This document shows positions 40,855-49,144 of a stretch of 64,000 nt of DNA, one piece after another (position 1 is the stretch's first letter; every line of letters begins with the position of its first letter). Source of the DNA: Chitinophagaceae bacterium (lineage in GTDB: Bacteria; Bacteroidota; Bacteroidia; Chitinophagales; Chitinophagaceae); assembly GCA_031400855.1 (NCBI GenBank), contig JANNQR010000045.1:690-64689 (forward strand), read 5' to 3'. Below the pieces are notes generated by a model. The model did no database searches, was not told the origin of the DNA, and saw nothing but the letters and a program-made list of their open reading frames with translations. A program made the position numbers and the translations under genes.

Positions 40855-41602
40855 GGCAATAGTAATAGATGATGAACCTGCGGCAAGACGGCTGATGAAA
40901 AGTCTTTTGCAGGAGCATAAAGATGTAGTGGAAGTAATCGGCGAAGCTGGTAATGGGAGAGAGGCTATTGCGAAGATAGAAGAGTTAAAACCGGATGTCA
41001 TTTTTCTGGATATTCAAATGCCCGACCTCACCGGTTTTGAAGTAATTGAACGGCTGGCGGTAAAGCCGAATATCATTTTTACGACAGCTTATGAGCAGTA
41101 TGCTATAAAGGCCTTTGAAACTTTCTCCATTGATTATTTATTAAAACCTATTAAGGAAGAAAGATTAGAACAAAGCATCGCTAAACTAAAACAGTTTGGA
41201 AGACTTGCTCAGCCATTTGATTTTTCAGGTTTGCAGGAGATCATTAAACAGTTTCAGACACCGCAAAAAGCTGCAGCTCTGCCAATAAAAACTGGAGACA
41301 GGATCAATCTTATCAAATTTGAGAATATCAGCTATATGGAAGCCAGTGATAAATATGTATTTATATATACTATTGATGGTCAAAAGCACCTGACAGACCA
41401 GTCACTAACTACCCTTGAGGAGAAATTACCAACCCAATTCTATCGTATCCAGAAGTCTTATATCATTAATAAGGATAGAATAAAAGAGATGCACCGGCAT
41501 TTCAACAGCCGCTATCTTTTCATCATGGATGATAAGGCTGGCAACCGATTAACCTCCGGTCGCACTTATCATGATGCCATCAAGGGTGAATTCGGGTTGT
41601 AA
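40838..41602 (+). CDS. LytTR-family response regulator
   Basis: IVIDDEP, IFLDIQMP, IFTTAYEQYAIKAF, DYLLKP, FYRIQKSYIIN LytTR domain; overlaps the kinase by 17 nt. Confidence 0.95.
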   Translation: MNQLFKAIVIDDEPAARRLMKSLLQEHKDVVEVIGEAGNGREAIAKIEELKPDVIFLDIQMPDLTGFEVIERLAVKPNIIFTTAYEQYAIKAFETFSIDYLLKPIKEERLEQSIAKLKQFGRLAQPFDFSGLQEIIKQFQTPQKAAALPIKTGDRINLIKFENISYMEASDKYVFIYTIDGQKHLTDQSLTTLEEKLPTQFYRIQKSYIINKDRIKEMHRHFNSRYLFIMDDKAGNRLTSGRTYHDAIKGEFGL

Positions 41603-41842
41603 AAATGCCACGATCATTTTTAGTCATTTTAGCTGACTAAAGCTGTTCTTCACCTTTTTCATTTGTACAATTTCTCCATTTTTTCATTTCCTGCCGCTTA
41701 TTGTTAGAATTCCGCTTATAGCCTTTTTCTGCCTTTTATCAGAAAATTGCGGGTTTTTGTAACCAGACTTCAAGCTCTGCGTCACACGGAGGTCACCAAA
41801 ACGGCCGGTTATCCCTAAAATTGGCCGTTTAATTTAAAACAA

Positions 41843-41869
41843 TGTACTTAGTAATACAAAGTACTTAGT
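41843..41869. promoter_or_regulatory. Putative operator upstream of the outer-membrane protein
   Basis: GTACTTAGT direct repeat (41844-41852, 41861-41869) overlapping a TGTA-N8-TACA dyad. Confidence 0.3.
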
Positions 41870-41917
41870 TTTGATCTGTAATTATCAAAAACCAGTACTA
41901 AAATATAAAAAATAAAA

Positions 41918-44410
41918 ATGAGAAAGATTTTAACCATGCTGACAATCGCCTTAACCAGTTTATCCCTTACCAGCAATGCGCAGGTAAAAAACGGTAAGAT
42001 AAGCGGAACCGTTATAGACGGGAACATCAAAACCATTGAATCTGCTACCATTACACTCATGAGGTTTAAGGACTCAACAGTGGTAAAAATGAGTGTGGCT
42101 AATAAATCTGGAAAGTTTGAATTTGATGCAGTTCCTGAGGGCAGGTATTTCGTATCGATTTCAGCTGTAGGTCATATCAAAGGCTTTTCAGAAATTATTG
42201 ATATCAATCCAACATCCTCTGATATTGTATTAAAAACAATTGAACTGATTCCTCAGGCCAAATCGCTGAGCGAAGTCACCGTAACTGCTAAAAAGCCATT
42301 AGTGGAACAAAAACTGGACAGGATGGTGGTCAATGTTGAGGCTTCTATAGCTAATGTTGGTGCTTCGGCAATGGAAGTATTGGAAAAATCGCCGGGTGTT
42401 TCTGTTGATAAAGATGGTAATATCAGCCTTAAAGGGAAACAGGGAGTACAGATATATATTGACGGGCGGCCTTCTTATTTGTCGGGTACAGATCTGGCTA
42501 ATCTGCTTCGCAATATGAATGCCAGCCAGCTCGATCAAATTGAAATAATGACCAACCCGCCAGCTAAATATGATGCAGCAGGCAATAGTGGTATCATTAA
42601 TATAAAAACAAAAAAAACTAAACAGTTCGGATATAATGGAAGTTTTGCTTCTAACTGGAGCCAGGGCCGTTATGCTAAAATAAGTGAATCCTTCAATTTT
42701 AATTACCGTAAAAATAAGGTTAACCTTTTTACTAATCTGGGCTATAGCAACCGTAAAAATTTTCAGGACCTGAATATTCAAAGAAAATTCATTGAGTCAG
42801 CTACAAAAGAAGTTAAATCACTTTTCGACCAAGAGTCAAATATCAGGGAACAAGGAGAATCATTCAATGGTAAGATCGGGATAGATTATTTCGCTACAAA
42901 GAAAACAACACTTGGCGCTGTTGTTAGCGGCTTTTATAATCCGGGAACTTTCAGCAACAGGAGTAATGTTTATATATCTAATCCATTAGGAGAATTACAA
43001 AGCCAGACACTTGCCCGGACAAATAATGAGAAAAAATGGAAAAATTTCAGTAGTAATGTAAATCTCCGCCATGTTTTTGATTCAACAGGAAGAGAACTAA
43101 CGGTGGATGCTGATTACCTGGTGTATAACAGCACCGATCAGCAAGACCTTGTAAATGCCTATTATAACACTGTTGGCGTACCCACATTTACACCGGATAC
43201 TTTATTAGGTAGTTTGCCTCAGCAGATCAAAATATACTCAGCAAAAACTGATTATACACATCCATTAAAAAAGGGCGCAAAGATTGAAGCAGGTTTTAAA
43301 ACCAGTATCGTGAAAACCGATAATGATGGGGTGTATAATAATCTTATCAATGACCAGTCCATTCTTGACAGCGGACGTAGCAATCATTTTATTTATAAAG
43401 AAAATGTAAATGCTGCCTACCTGAATTACAGCAGGCCATTTGGTAAAAAATTGACCGGACAGTTTGGTCTTCGGATAGAAAATACCCATTCTGACGGACA
43501 TTCAGCAGGATATGAATTTAATGCTGCTACAAATAAATTTGAGTATGTAAATAAATATTTTAAAAAAGATTACACACAGCTTTTCCCAACTGCCTATTTG
43601 CAATACATTTTAAATGAAAAGAATTCATTCGTATTGAATTATGGCCGCAGGATTAACCGTCCCGATTATGAAGATCTGAACCCCTTTATACATTTTCTTG
43701 ACAGGTATACTTTTGAACAGGGTAATCCTAATTTGCAACCACAATTCAGCCATAATATCGAATTAAGCCATACTTATAAAGGGTTTTTGACAACAACATT
43801 AAATTATAGTAAAACAACAGATATTATTACAGAAGTGCTGGAACAAAACACGGTGAAGAATGAAACATTTGTAAAGAAATCAAATGTAGCTTCTCAACGT
43901 CAATATGGTATCTCTGTTTCAGCAGGTGGTCAGATAAAAAAATGGTGGTCCGGAAATATCTATATTAATGTCTACAATAATCTTTATAAGGGCATTGTTA
44001 ACAACGATTATATCTCTCTTGGAGCTACTACCGGCCAACTTAATATTTCCAACCAGTTTAAGTTTGCTAAAACCTGGGGCGCAGAAATAGGCGGATTTTA
44101 TCAAACACCTGCTTTTGAAGGAGTTTTTAGAATTAAGAGTATCGGTGTAATGAACCTGGGTGTAAGCAAACAGATACTAAAAGGCAAAGGCACCGTTCGT
44201 ATGTCTTTAAAAGATGTTTTATACTCACAAAAGGCTTCAGGCACCATTGTTTATAGTAATATAGATGCCGCCTTTCAACAGCGACGTGATTCAAGACAAC
44301 TGGCACTTGGATTTACTTACAGATTTAATAAAGGAAAATTAAAGGCAAATAGTGGCAAAAGAGAAGGTGGCGCATCAGAAGAGCAGGAAAGAGTGAAAAC
44401 AGGAAATTAA
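41918..44410 (+). CDS. Outer-membrane beta-barrel / TonB-dependent-receptor-like protein with N-terminal carboxypeptidase-regulatory-like domain
   Basis: Signal peptide; LSEVTVTAKK; EVLEKSPGV plug; PPAKYDAAGNSGIINIK; RRINRPDYEDLNPF; GNPNLQPQF; DSRQLALGFTYRF. Confidence 0.88.
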   Translation: MRKILTMLTIALTSLSLTSNAQVKNGKISGTVIDGNIKTIESATITLMRFKDSTVVKMSVANKSGKFEFDAVPEGRYFVSISAVGHIKGFSEIIDINPTSSDIVLKTIELIPQAKSLSEVTVTAKKPLVEQKLDRMVVNVEASIANVGASAMEVLEKSPGVSVDKDGNISLKGKQGVQIYIDGRPSYLSGTDLANLLRNMNASQLDQIEIMTNPPAKYDAAGNSGIINIKTKKTKQFGYNGSFASNWSQGRYAKISESFNFNYRKNKVNLFTNLGYSNRKNFQDLNIQRKFIESATKEVKSLFDQESNIREQGESFNGKIGIDYFATKKTTLGAVVSGFYNPGTFSNRSNVYISNPLGELQSQTLARTNNEKKWKNFSSNVNLRHVFDSTGRELTVDADYLVYNSTDQQDLVNAYYNTVGVPTFTPDTLLGSLPQQIKIYSAKTDYTHPLKKGAKIEAGFKTSIVKTDNDGVYNNLINDQSILDSGRSNHFIYKENVNAAYLNYSRPFGKKLTGQFGLRIENTHSDGHSAGYEFNAATNKFEYVNKYFKKDYTQLFPTAYLQYILNEKNSFVLNYGRRINRPDYEDLNPFIHFLDRYTFEQGNPNLQPQFSHNIELSHTYKGFLTTTLNYSKTTDIITEVLEQNTVKNETFVKKSNVASQRQYGISVSAGGQIKKWWSGNIYINVYNNLYKGIVNNDYISLGATTGQLNISNQFKFAKTWGAEIGGFYQTPAFEGVFRIKSIGVMNLGVSKQILKGKGTVRMSLKDVLYSQKASGTIVYSNIDAAFQQRRDSRQLALGFTYRFNKGKLKANSGKREGGASEEQERVKTGN

Positions 44411-44436
44411 TAATAGTATAGTCTTGAATATTTACT

Positions 44437-44467
44437 TCCTCCCGTCTAAGATGGGAGGATTTTTTTT
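44437..44467 (+). terminator. Intrinsic terminator
   Basis: TCCTCCCGTC-TAA-GATGGGAGGA followed by T7. Confidence 0.9.
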
Positions 44468-44554
44468 GGTGTCAATCAATTATGCAATTTAATTACCGGA
44501 AAGAATTTACATTTGATCAACTAAAAACCAAATCAATAAACTAAAACTACTACT

Positions 44555-45046
44555 ATGCCATCTTTTGATATTGTAAGTAAAGTTGATGCACAGGCATTGG
44601 AGAATGCTGTGAATGTTGTAACCAAAGAAATTACTAACCGGTTTGATTTTAAAGGTTCACATGTGGTGATTAATCTTGATAAAAAGGAATTTCAGATCAA
44701 ACTTGAAACCGATGATGACATGAAGATGCGGCAATTGATCGATGTACTCATCAGCCGGGCTCATAAACAAGGTATTGGCCCCGAAGCATTTGATGCATCG
44801 AAAGCAGGTGCTCAAAGCGGCAAAGTTTGGAAGAAAGAAGTGAAAGTAAAGAATGGACTGGTACAGGAAGATGCGAAAAAAATTGTCAAGCTTATCAAAG
44901 ATGCTGGTCTGAAGGTTCAAGCATCCATCAATGACGACCTGGTAAGGGTAACTGGTAAAAAAATTGACGACCTGCAGGATGTTATTCAACTTTGCAAAAA
45001 TGGAAATCTGGGAATTCCTTTACAATATGTGAATATGAGGGATTAA
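44555..45046 (+). CDS. yajQ: YajQ-family nucleotide (c-di-GMP)-binding protein
   Basis: MPSFDIVSK, RFDFKG, KVQASI, VRVTGKKIDDLQ, LQYVNMRD. Confidence 0.95.
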   Translation: MPSFDIVSKVDAQALENAVNVVTKEITNRFDFKGSHVVINLDKKEFQIKLETDDDMKMRQLIDVLISRAHKQGIGPEAFDASKAGAQSGKVWKKEVKVKNGLVQEDAKKIVKLIKDAGLKVQASINDDLVRVTGKKIDDLQDVIQLCKNGNLGIPLQYVNMRD

Positions 45047-45126
45047 TGGCTGGAAATACCTGCGTATAGTAAGACTTTCTGTGCATAATCCGGTGCAAAA
45101 CGGGTGCATATCAAAGGGGGCAAAAA

Positions 45127-45159
45127 TTTGGAAACCGGTGGTTTGGTAAACTATATTTG
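45127..45159 (+). promoter_or_regulatory. Housekeeping promoter with no downstream ORF (drives the candidate ncRNA)
   Basis: TTTG (45127-45130)-N21-TATATTTG (45152-45159). Confidence 0.7.
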
Positions 45160-45164
45160 ATATA

Positions 45165-45347
45165 CAACTGCACGAAGTTTTAGCAATAAAATGAAGTGCT
45201 GGAGAAACGGAAGCCCGTCAAAAGGTGGAAGTAACTCCGCGGAGAAACAGAAACCCGTTAAAAGGTGGAAGTGACTTCAGAAAGCATCAGGTAAGTAAAC
45301 AGAAGGCGCAAGCTGGACAGTGAGCTGACTTGGTGCTTTCATCTTTT
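45165..45347 (+). ncRNA. Candidate structured ncRNA (about 180 nt): 5' GNRA hairpin plus three tandem double-T-loop-like modules, terminator-like 3' helix
   Basis: Modules 45201-45238, 45241-45278 and 45280-45340 share AAACRGAA and UGGA(C)AGURA strands between covarying stems; 16-of-17-bp closing helix followed by AUCUUUU; upstream promoter; no credible ORF. Confidence 0.65.
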
Positions 45348-45356
45348 AGGGAGTTA

Positions 45357-45546
45357 GCCACTGATGGACACAGATTAACAGAAATTGAACCCGCATCTGT
45401 AGAATTCTCCAAATTGACTTAGTAGGTAAGACTAAGAAAAGGCAATTATTTACAGAGATTGTATTAATCTGTGCAAATCTCCCGCCAAGTAGGCGGGACA
45501 AGTTGTGTTCATCCCCGCCTGAATGACGCAGTCGGGCAGGTGTGGC
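45357..45546. mobile_element. Non-coding dyad element (GCCAC.GATG.ACACAGAT type) with two nested palindromes in the right arm
   Basis: Left GCCACTGATGGACACAGATTAACAGA; right ATCTGTGCAAATCT[CCCGCCAAGTAGGCGGGACAAGTT]GTGTTCATC[CCCGCCTGAATGACGCAGTCGGGCAGG]TGTGGC; removing the brackets restores the inverted arm. Confidence 0.75.
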
Positions 45547-45567
45547 CAAAATGTATTTTCCTACAAA

Positions 45568-45599
45568 TTTGGCTGTAAACCTTATCCCGCCTATCTTTG
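45568..45599 (+). promoter_or_regulatory. Housekeeping promoter of rpmE2
   Basis: TTTG (45568-45571)-N20-TATCTTTG (45592-45599). Confidence 0.8.
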
Positions 45600-45664
45600 C
45601 CGCCCGAAAAATAATCTTTTAATCTGTACGGCAAAATCCGTGCAGCCTTCAAAATCATCAAGTT

Positions 45665-45916
45665 ATGAAAAAAGGACTCCATCCCGATAGCTACCGGTTA
45701 GTAGTTTTTAAAGACATGAGCAATGGACATTCATTCCTAAGCCGCTCGACTGCTGCTTCAAAAGAAAAAGTACAATGGGAAGACGGTACTGAATATCCAC
45801 TGGTAAAACTGGAGATTTCAAATACTTCTCACCCTTTCTTTACCGGTAAGAATATGCTGGTTGATACTGCAGGCCGTATTGATAAATTCAATAAGAGATA
45901 CGCAAAGAAGGCATAA
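45665..45916 (+). CDS. rpmE2: 50S ribosomal protein L31 type B (zinc-free)
   Basis: [48 protein letters not shown]; no Cys. Confidence 0.97.
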   Translation: MKKGLHPDSYRLVVFKDMSNGHSFLSRSTAASKEKVQWEDGTEYPLVKLEISNTSHPFFTGKNMLVDTAGRIDKFNKRYAKKA

Positions 45917-45987
45917 TAATATTAAATTGTGACATCACTTGATTCGCCGAAAGGCGGAAAAAGTTTTGTTTTTCATGGCTATACTTT

Positions 45988-46020
45988 AGACCTCCTGATT
46001 CTTCAGGGGGTCTTTTTTTT
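45988..46020 (+). terminator. Intrinsic terminator after rpmE2
   Basis: AGACCTCCTGA-TTCT-TCAGGGGGTCT followed by T7. Confidence 0.88.
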
Positions 46021-46198
46021 AATAGCTTCTCAATCTTTTTTCAAAATAAAGCTCCAAGTAAAAATTCCGTTTTCATTCTTTCGCTTCCTGATGATTTTCT
46101 CATATTCAACACCGCCATACTGATGTCTAGCTACTTGGATTGTGGGTGGGATGGACCCGGTATCATTCAACTCATGACTTGACTTGTTATTGGAAAAT

Positions 46199-47092
46199 CT
46201 ATTGTCCATATGTATAGTTATATTCTATCTTCCCAGTAACTTGTTTATCCTTATTAAAAAGTGCTTCTTTGGTTTTCAGCCCTTTTTCATCAAAGATGTA
46301 TCGCCAGATAAGATAACCAAGTTTGATGTTGGCGGTAGTAGTTATTTTTTGAATTACTCTGTCATTGTCATCGTATTCAAACATAAAATCGGGTAATAAA
46401 CGTCTTGCTTTCAAATTGTATCTTACGATATCTGAAAGCCGGTTCTTATCATCGTAATAGTAATAGATTGCTCCGGTTTGAACAAACTTAAGTTGCTTCT
46501 CCTCATCATAATAGTAATAATACTGGCTGGTCTCTATTCCTTTTTTAAAGACCCTTTCATCACCCGGGTTACCATCTTCGTCAGGGTTAATTCGAATTTC
46601 TAAACTATCAGTATTATTAATGATACGCCACATTTTTTCTGGTTTTCCAGCTACGTTGTAAAACCATAGATGAACTTCTGCCTGGTTAAAATCATTAGCA
46701 GAATCCTTTGTCAAATTCTCTACCCGGATTATTCTGCTATTAGCATCGTATTCATAAGTGCTTACACTTTCAATAGCAGTTGATGAATCAGTCATTCTTA
46801 TCAATCTTCCCAGGTTATCAAACTTTGAATAAATAACTGTTTTATTCATGTTATTGAAAGTAGAGGTTTTTAAAATCGTTCCATTTTCCTTTACTTCCTG
46901 GTATTCTGCGAAGCCGGAATTTTTTGCACCCCGTTGGTCAAAGCCGGTCGCAGAAACAGTTTTTACCTTATTGGCGAGGTAGGTTTTCATTTGCCTGTTC
47001 GTTTCCAGGGTGCCAATAATATCCTTATAATAATACTGTGCTTGAAGAGTGGATGAACTCATAAAAAAGAAGGCTGCTAAAATGGTTTTCAT
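46199..47092 (-). CDS. Hypothetical exported protein with YD-like (Y.YD..GR) repeats
   Basis: Signal peptide from ATG 47092 (MKTILAAFFFMSSSTLQAQ); YEYDANSRI, YYYDDKNRL, FEYDDNDRV. Confidence 0.75.
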   Translation of the reverse strand: MKTILAAFFFMSSSTLQAQYYYKDIIGTLETNRQMKTYLANKVKTVSATGFDQRGAKNSGFAEYQEVKENGTILKTSTFNNMNKTVIYSKFDNLGRLIRMTDSSTAIESVSTYEYDANSRIIRVENLTKDSANDFNQAEVHLWFYNVAGKPEKMWRIINNTDSLEIRINPDEDGNPGDERVFKKGIETSQYYYYYDEEKQLKFVQTGAIYYYYDDKNRLSDIVRYNLKARRLLPDFMFEYDDNDRVIQKITTTANIKLGYLIWRYIFDEKGLKTKEALFNKDKQVTGKIEYNYTYGQ

Positions 47093-47195
47093 GCGGCTGA
47101 TATTGCTTTTACTGATCAAAGTTACTTGAATTGTTCAGTAACGAAAAAGAAAGGGATTGTGTATTTTTTGTACTTATTTTTAAGAAAAAATTAAG

Positions 47196-48287
47196 GTGTC
47201 TCATATACCTCAGCGAAAAGAGAAAGACTGTTTAAACTGCGGAACGGTTGTACAGGGCCGGTATTGTCATAATTGCGGGCAGGAGAATGTAATTCCAAAA
47301 GAAACATTCTGGCATATGGTTACCCATTTTTTCAATGATATTACCCATTTTGACGGAAGTTTTTTTCATACCCTACATCATTTGGTATTAAAACCCGGGT
47401 TTTTATCTAAGGAGTATATGAGTGGAAGAAGGGCCAGCTACCTTCACCCGGTAAGAATGTATGTTTTTACATCTGCAATTTTCTTTTTACTTTTTTTTAG
47501 TTTGGTTAATCGAAAAGATGCGGTTGAAATTGCAAATAATGAAAAGCCCTTTGATACGAATCAACGGGCGGAGTATTTTAGTTCGTTGCAAAGCAGATTA
47601 AAAAACGACACCGGAGATATTCTGTTAAAGAAAAGGATGGAACTATTAAAAGATACAAGCAGACCTTTTACTGTAAAAGATACTTTTGAAATTGAATCTA
47701 AACCGGAGCTTAACATCAGCTTTGACGGGAAAGGATACAAAAGCTATGAAGAGTATGATTCATTGCAGCATACTCTGTCTTCATCAGAAAGAGATGGTTG
47801 GTTTTTGCGAAGACTTATCAGAAAAGGCATTGATATCAATAATAAATATCGTAATAAACCAGGGGATGCGATAAAAAAATTAGGGGATAGCATATTACAC
47901 AGGTTGCCTTATTTGTTATTTTTATCATTACCGCTGTTTTCTTTAATTCTAAAACTTGTTTATATAAGGCGGAAATGGCGAAGTCAGTTTTACTTTGCCG
48001 ATCATGGAGTTTTTACAATACATCTGTATATCTTTTCTTTTTTAATGCTCATGTTAGTATTTGGTCTCGACAAACTGCAAAACATTACGGGTTGGAATTT
48101 TATTAGTTTTTTATATTTTATTCTTTTTGGAGGATTGCTTTTCTATCTCTATAAATCTATGCGGGTTTTTTATGGGCAGGGGAGGGGTAAAACTTTTATA
48201 AAGTTTCTTTTTGTATCATTTTGGTCATTGATCATGATGGTGATACTGTTGCTTTTCTTTATTTTCTTTTCAGCCTTTACGTTATAA
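47196..48287 (+). CDS. DUF3667-domain membrane protein
   Basis: N-terminal CLNCG...GRYCHNCGQEN zinc ribbon, HFDGSFF, KPGFLSKEY..GRR..YLHPVRMY; C-terminal TM segments; GTG start. Confidence 0.85.
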   Translation: MSHIPQRKEKDCLNCGTVVQGRYCHNCGQENVIPKETFWHMVTHFFNDITHFDGSFFHTLHHLVLKPGFLSKEYMSGRRASYLHPVRMYVFTSAIFFLLFFSLVNRKDAVEIANNEKPFDTNQRAEYFSSLQSRLKNDTGDILLKKRMELLKDTSRPFTVKDTFEIESKPELNISFDGKGYKSYEEYDSLQHTLSSSERDGWFLRRLIRKGIDINNKYRNKPGDAIKKLGDSILHRLPYLLFLSLPLFSLILKLVYIRRKWRSQFYFADHGVFTIHLYIFSFLMLMLVFGLDKLQNITGWNFISFLYFILFGGLLFYLYKSMRVFYGQGRGKTFIKFLFVSFWSLIMMVILLLFFIFFSAFTL

Positions 48288-48298
48288 TTCAATAAGAT

Positions 48299-49144
48299 AT
48301 GAACCTAAAAATTTCTGATTCTTTTTTAAGATTGACCGATATCATGAATGACCTTCGGGAAAAGTGCCCATGGGATAAAAAGCAAACTATTCAATCGTTG
48401 CGTCAAATGACAATTGAAGAAACCTATGAACTGGCAGATGCTATTACAGAGAATGATTGGAAAGGGATTAAAGAAGAATTGGGAGATTTATTATTACACA
48501 TCGTTTTTTATGCAAAAATCGGGAGCGAACAAAAGCAGTTTGAATTGGAGGAGGTGATCAATGGGATTTGTGATAAATTAATAGCCCGGCATCCTCATAT
48601 TTATGGTGATCCCGCCAGTGCGGGACAAGTCGTAAAAGTGAATGATGCAGATGATATAAAAAGAAATTGGGAAAAGTTAAAGTTAAAGGAAGGTAAGAAG
48701 TCTGTTATTGAAGGGGTTCCGAAATCGCTTCCGGCAACTGTAAAGGCCATGCGTTTACAGGAAAAAGCCAAACAAGTTGGATTTGAATGGGATAATAAAG
48801 AACAGGTTTGGGAAAAAGTAGAAGAGGAGATGGCGGAGTTGAAAGAGGCTATAAAGAGTCTTGAGTCGGTCTCGCCTGAGGCGAGATTGAGTCAAAACAA
48901 AGAGAAACTCCAGGAAGAAGTCGAGGAAGAGTTTGGCGATGTGGTGTTCTCACTAATCAATTATGCACGGTTTTTGCAGGTAGATGCCGAAAATGCACTG
49001 GAAAAGACGAATAAAAAGTTCATTTACCGCTTCACATTGATGGAACAACATGCTTTACAACATGGCAAAAGCCTTACTGATATGACTCTTCAGGAAATGG
49101 ATGACATCTGGAACATCATCAAAAAACAGCGATCAAATTTGTGA
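48299..49144 (+). CDS. mazG: Nucleoside triphosphate pyrophosphohydrolase MazG
   Basis: LREKCPWDKKQT, EETYEL, EELGDLLL, RHPHIYGD, LQEKA..VGFEW, EEEFGDVVFSLINYARF. Confidence 0.96.
   Translation: MNLKISDSFLRLTDIMNDLREKCPWDKKQTIQSLRQMTIEETYELADAITENDWKGIKEELGDLLLHIVFYAKIGSEQKQFELEEVINGICDKLIARHPHIYGDPASAGQVVKVNDADDIKRNWEKLKLKEGKKSVIEGVPKSLPATVKAMRLQEKAKQVGFEWDNKEQVWEKVEEEMAELKEAIKSLESVSPEARLSQNKEKLQEEVEEEFGDVVFSLINYARFLQVDAENALEKTNKKFIYRFTLMEQHALQHGKSLTDMTLQEMDDIWNIIKKQRSNL
48611..48631. repeat. 21-bp palindrome inserted in frame in mazG (PASAGQV)
   Basis: CCCGCCAGTGCGGGACAAGTC; near-copy CCCGCCAAGTAGGCGGGACAAGTT is intergenic at 45481-45504; excision gives HPHIYGDVKV. Confidence 0.75.
48861..48893. 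repeat. 33-bp in-frame palindromic insert in mazG (LESVSPEARLS)
   Basis: TCTCGCC-TGA-GGCGAGA hairpin flanked by TTGAGTC direct repeats (48861-48867, 48887-48893); GAGTC also immediately precedes it. Confidence 0.7.

Noticed and set aside
45191-45275. Small peptide (MKCWRNG... or a GETEARQKVEVT repeat) encoded by the 40-bp repeat
   Set aside because: The period is not a multiple of 3, the GETE frame has stops before and inside copy 2 and no start, and the differences are better explained by RNA base-pairing.
45201-45278. 40-bp direct repeat as a tandem glycine riboswitch, T-box leader or hairpin ribozyme
   Set aside because: Lacks the glycine CCGAAG...CUCUCAGG core, the T-box GGUGGNACC antiterminator with specifier loop and a downstream aminoacyl-tRNA gene, and the hairpin-ribozyme GUAUAUUAC strand.
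45165-45347. Candidate RNA as RNase P RNA, 6S RNA or SRP RNA
   Set aside because: Too short and lacks the P4 GAGGAAAGUCC/ACAGAA...CGGCU catalytic elements of RNase P; not a single rod with a central bubble as in 6S; no GGAAGGAAGCAG-type SRP domain IV.
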